Source of the DNA: Malacoraja senta
Taxonomy: Eukaryota
DNA length: 64,000 nucleotides
Direction of reading: 5' to 3'
NCBI GenBank assembly: GCA_038087875.1
Contig: CM075991.1
Span: 5,394,001-5,458,000, forward strand
The position numbers were made by a program, and so were the translations under genes. How positions within the stretch are numbered: the stretch's first letter is position 1; every line of letters starts with the position of its first letter. Shown one piece after another: positions 62,945-64,000 of this stretch. A model generated the notes under the pieces. That model saw only the letters and a list, made by a program, of their open reading frames with translations, had not been told where the DNA came from and made no database searches.

Positions 62945-64000
62945 ATGACTAATAGGGTTGTCATAACAGGAGGTTTTAATTTTCCCAATATAGATGAGGA
63001 CAGCCTTAGCGCGAAGGGCTTCGATGGAGTGTAATATGTTAAGTGTGTTCAGGAAGTTTTCTCAAGTAATATGTAGAGGGCCTTACAAGGGAGAGGGCAA
63101 AGTTTGACCTACTCTTGGGGAAATGGGCAGGGCAAGTGACTGACGTGTCAGTCGACGAGCCTTTACGACCAGCGACTACAGTTCTGTTAGCTTTAAAATA
63201 GTTGTGGATAATGGACACAAGTTAAGGTTTCTAAATGGGAGCAAAGCTAACTTTAATGGGAAGGGTCTCAACCCGAAACATCATCCATTCCTTCTATCCA
63301 AAGATGCTGCCTGTCCCGTGAGTTCCTCCAGCATTTTGTGTCTATCTTAACTTTGATGGTATTGGACAGGAACTTGCAAAAGTTGATTGGAATCCGTTTT
63401 TGGTGGGGGAAAAGACATCTGGAAAATGGGATCTTTTAAAAGTGTGAAAGTGTGAGTGCAGATATATAGATAGATAGATAGAAGATAGAATGCCTTTATC
63501 GTCTTTCAAACAAACAGAGGTCTGAACGAATTTTCGTTCCCTGCAGTCATAACAGCAAAATAAACAACACACACAATTAGCACAGTTTCACACAAACATC
63601 CATCACAGTGAATCTCCAAACACCTCCTCACTGTGATGGAAGGCAAAAGTCTTATCTCTTCCCTGTTCTTTGTTCTTTTCCTGCGTCGAGGCGATCGAGG
63701 CTCTTGATGTTAAAGCCCCCGGCGGGCGATGGTGATCCTGTTAGAGTGATCCTGTTAGATTGAAGGGCAAGGTAGGGAAGAGTAAGGAACCCTGGATGAT
63801 GAGAGAAATTGAGGATCTGCTCAGGAACCAGAAAGACGCATGGATCAGGAATCGGCAACTGGAATCAAATGAATCCCTGGAGGAGTATAAGGAACTGTGG
63901 AGCAGACTTAGGAAGGAAATTAGGAGGGCAAAAAGGAAGCATGAAATAGCTCTTGCAGTTACGATTAAGAAGAATCTAAAGAGATGTTATATTTATATTA
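62945..64000 (+). mobile_element. Decayed CR1 endonuclease/linker fragment with nested insertions
   Basis: NRVVITGGFNFPNID, ..LKKEIRRAKRKHEIALA-like sequence; interrupted by a Penelope-derived repeat and the 63465-63735 element. Confidence 0.7.

Noticed and set aside
47330..64000. Exons of the next syntenic gene upstream of EGR3 (PEBP4 in mammals)
   Set aside because: No recognisable coding exon found by eye. Short exons could have been missed; tBLASTn would settle it.

Overview
Repeat-rich vertebrate genomic DNA. The HE1-type V-SINEs, CR1 tails and Penelope-derived repeats point to a cartilaginous fish, probably a skate or ray (inference). There are two host genes, both on the minus strand and in the same order as in mammals. 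The first is the complete two-exon EGR3 gene (CDS 45152-44990 + 43830-42833, 386 aa) with an immediate-early promoter (TATA, CArG, CRE, ETS, NFAT, MEF2 motifs). The second is the 5' part of BIN3 (coding exons 1, 3 and 4; exon 2 was not found and may lie in the 200-N gap). The rest is mostly mobile DNA: CR1, Rex1/Babar, RTE, Tx1, Penelope, Tc1, hAT and Harbinger MITEs, Helitron-like elements and tRNA-SINEs. The most striking unannotated signal is three unrelated 130-200 bp retroposons (16474-16602, 30266-30461, 37920-38088). Each has a TSD and a (GAA)n tail, and each begins at an HDV-like ribozyme fold whose P1/P2/P3 helices covary between elements. A separate, very abundant Penelope-derived repeat carries minimal hammerhead ribozyme cores. 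All calls were made by eye; no searches or folding programs were run.
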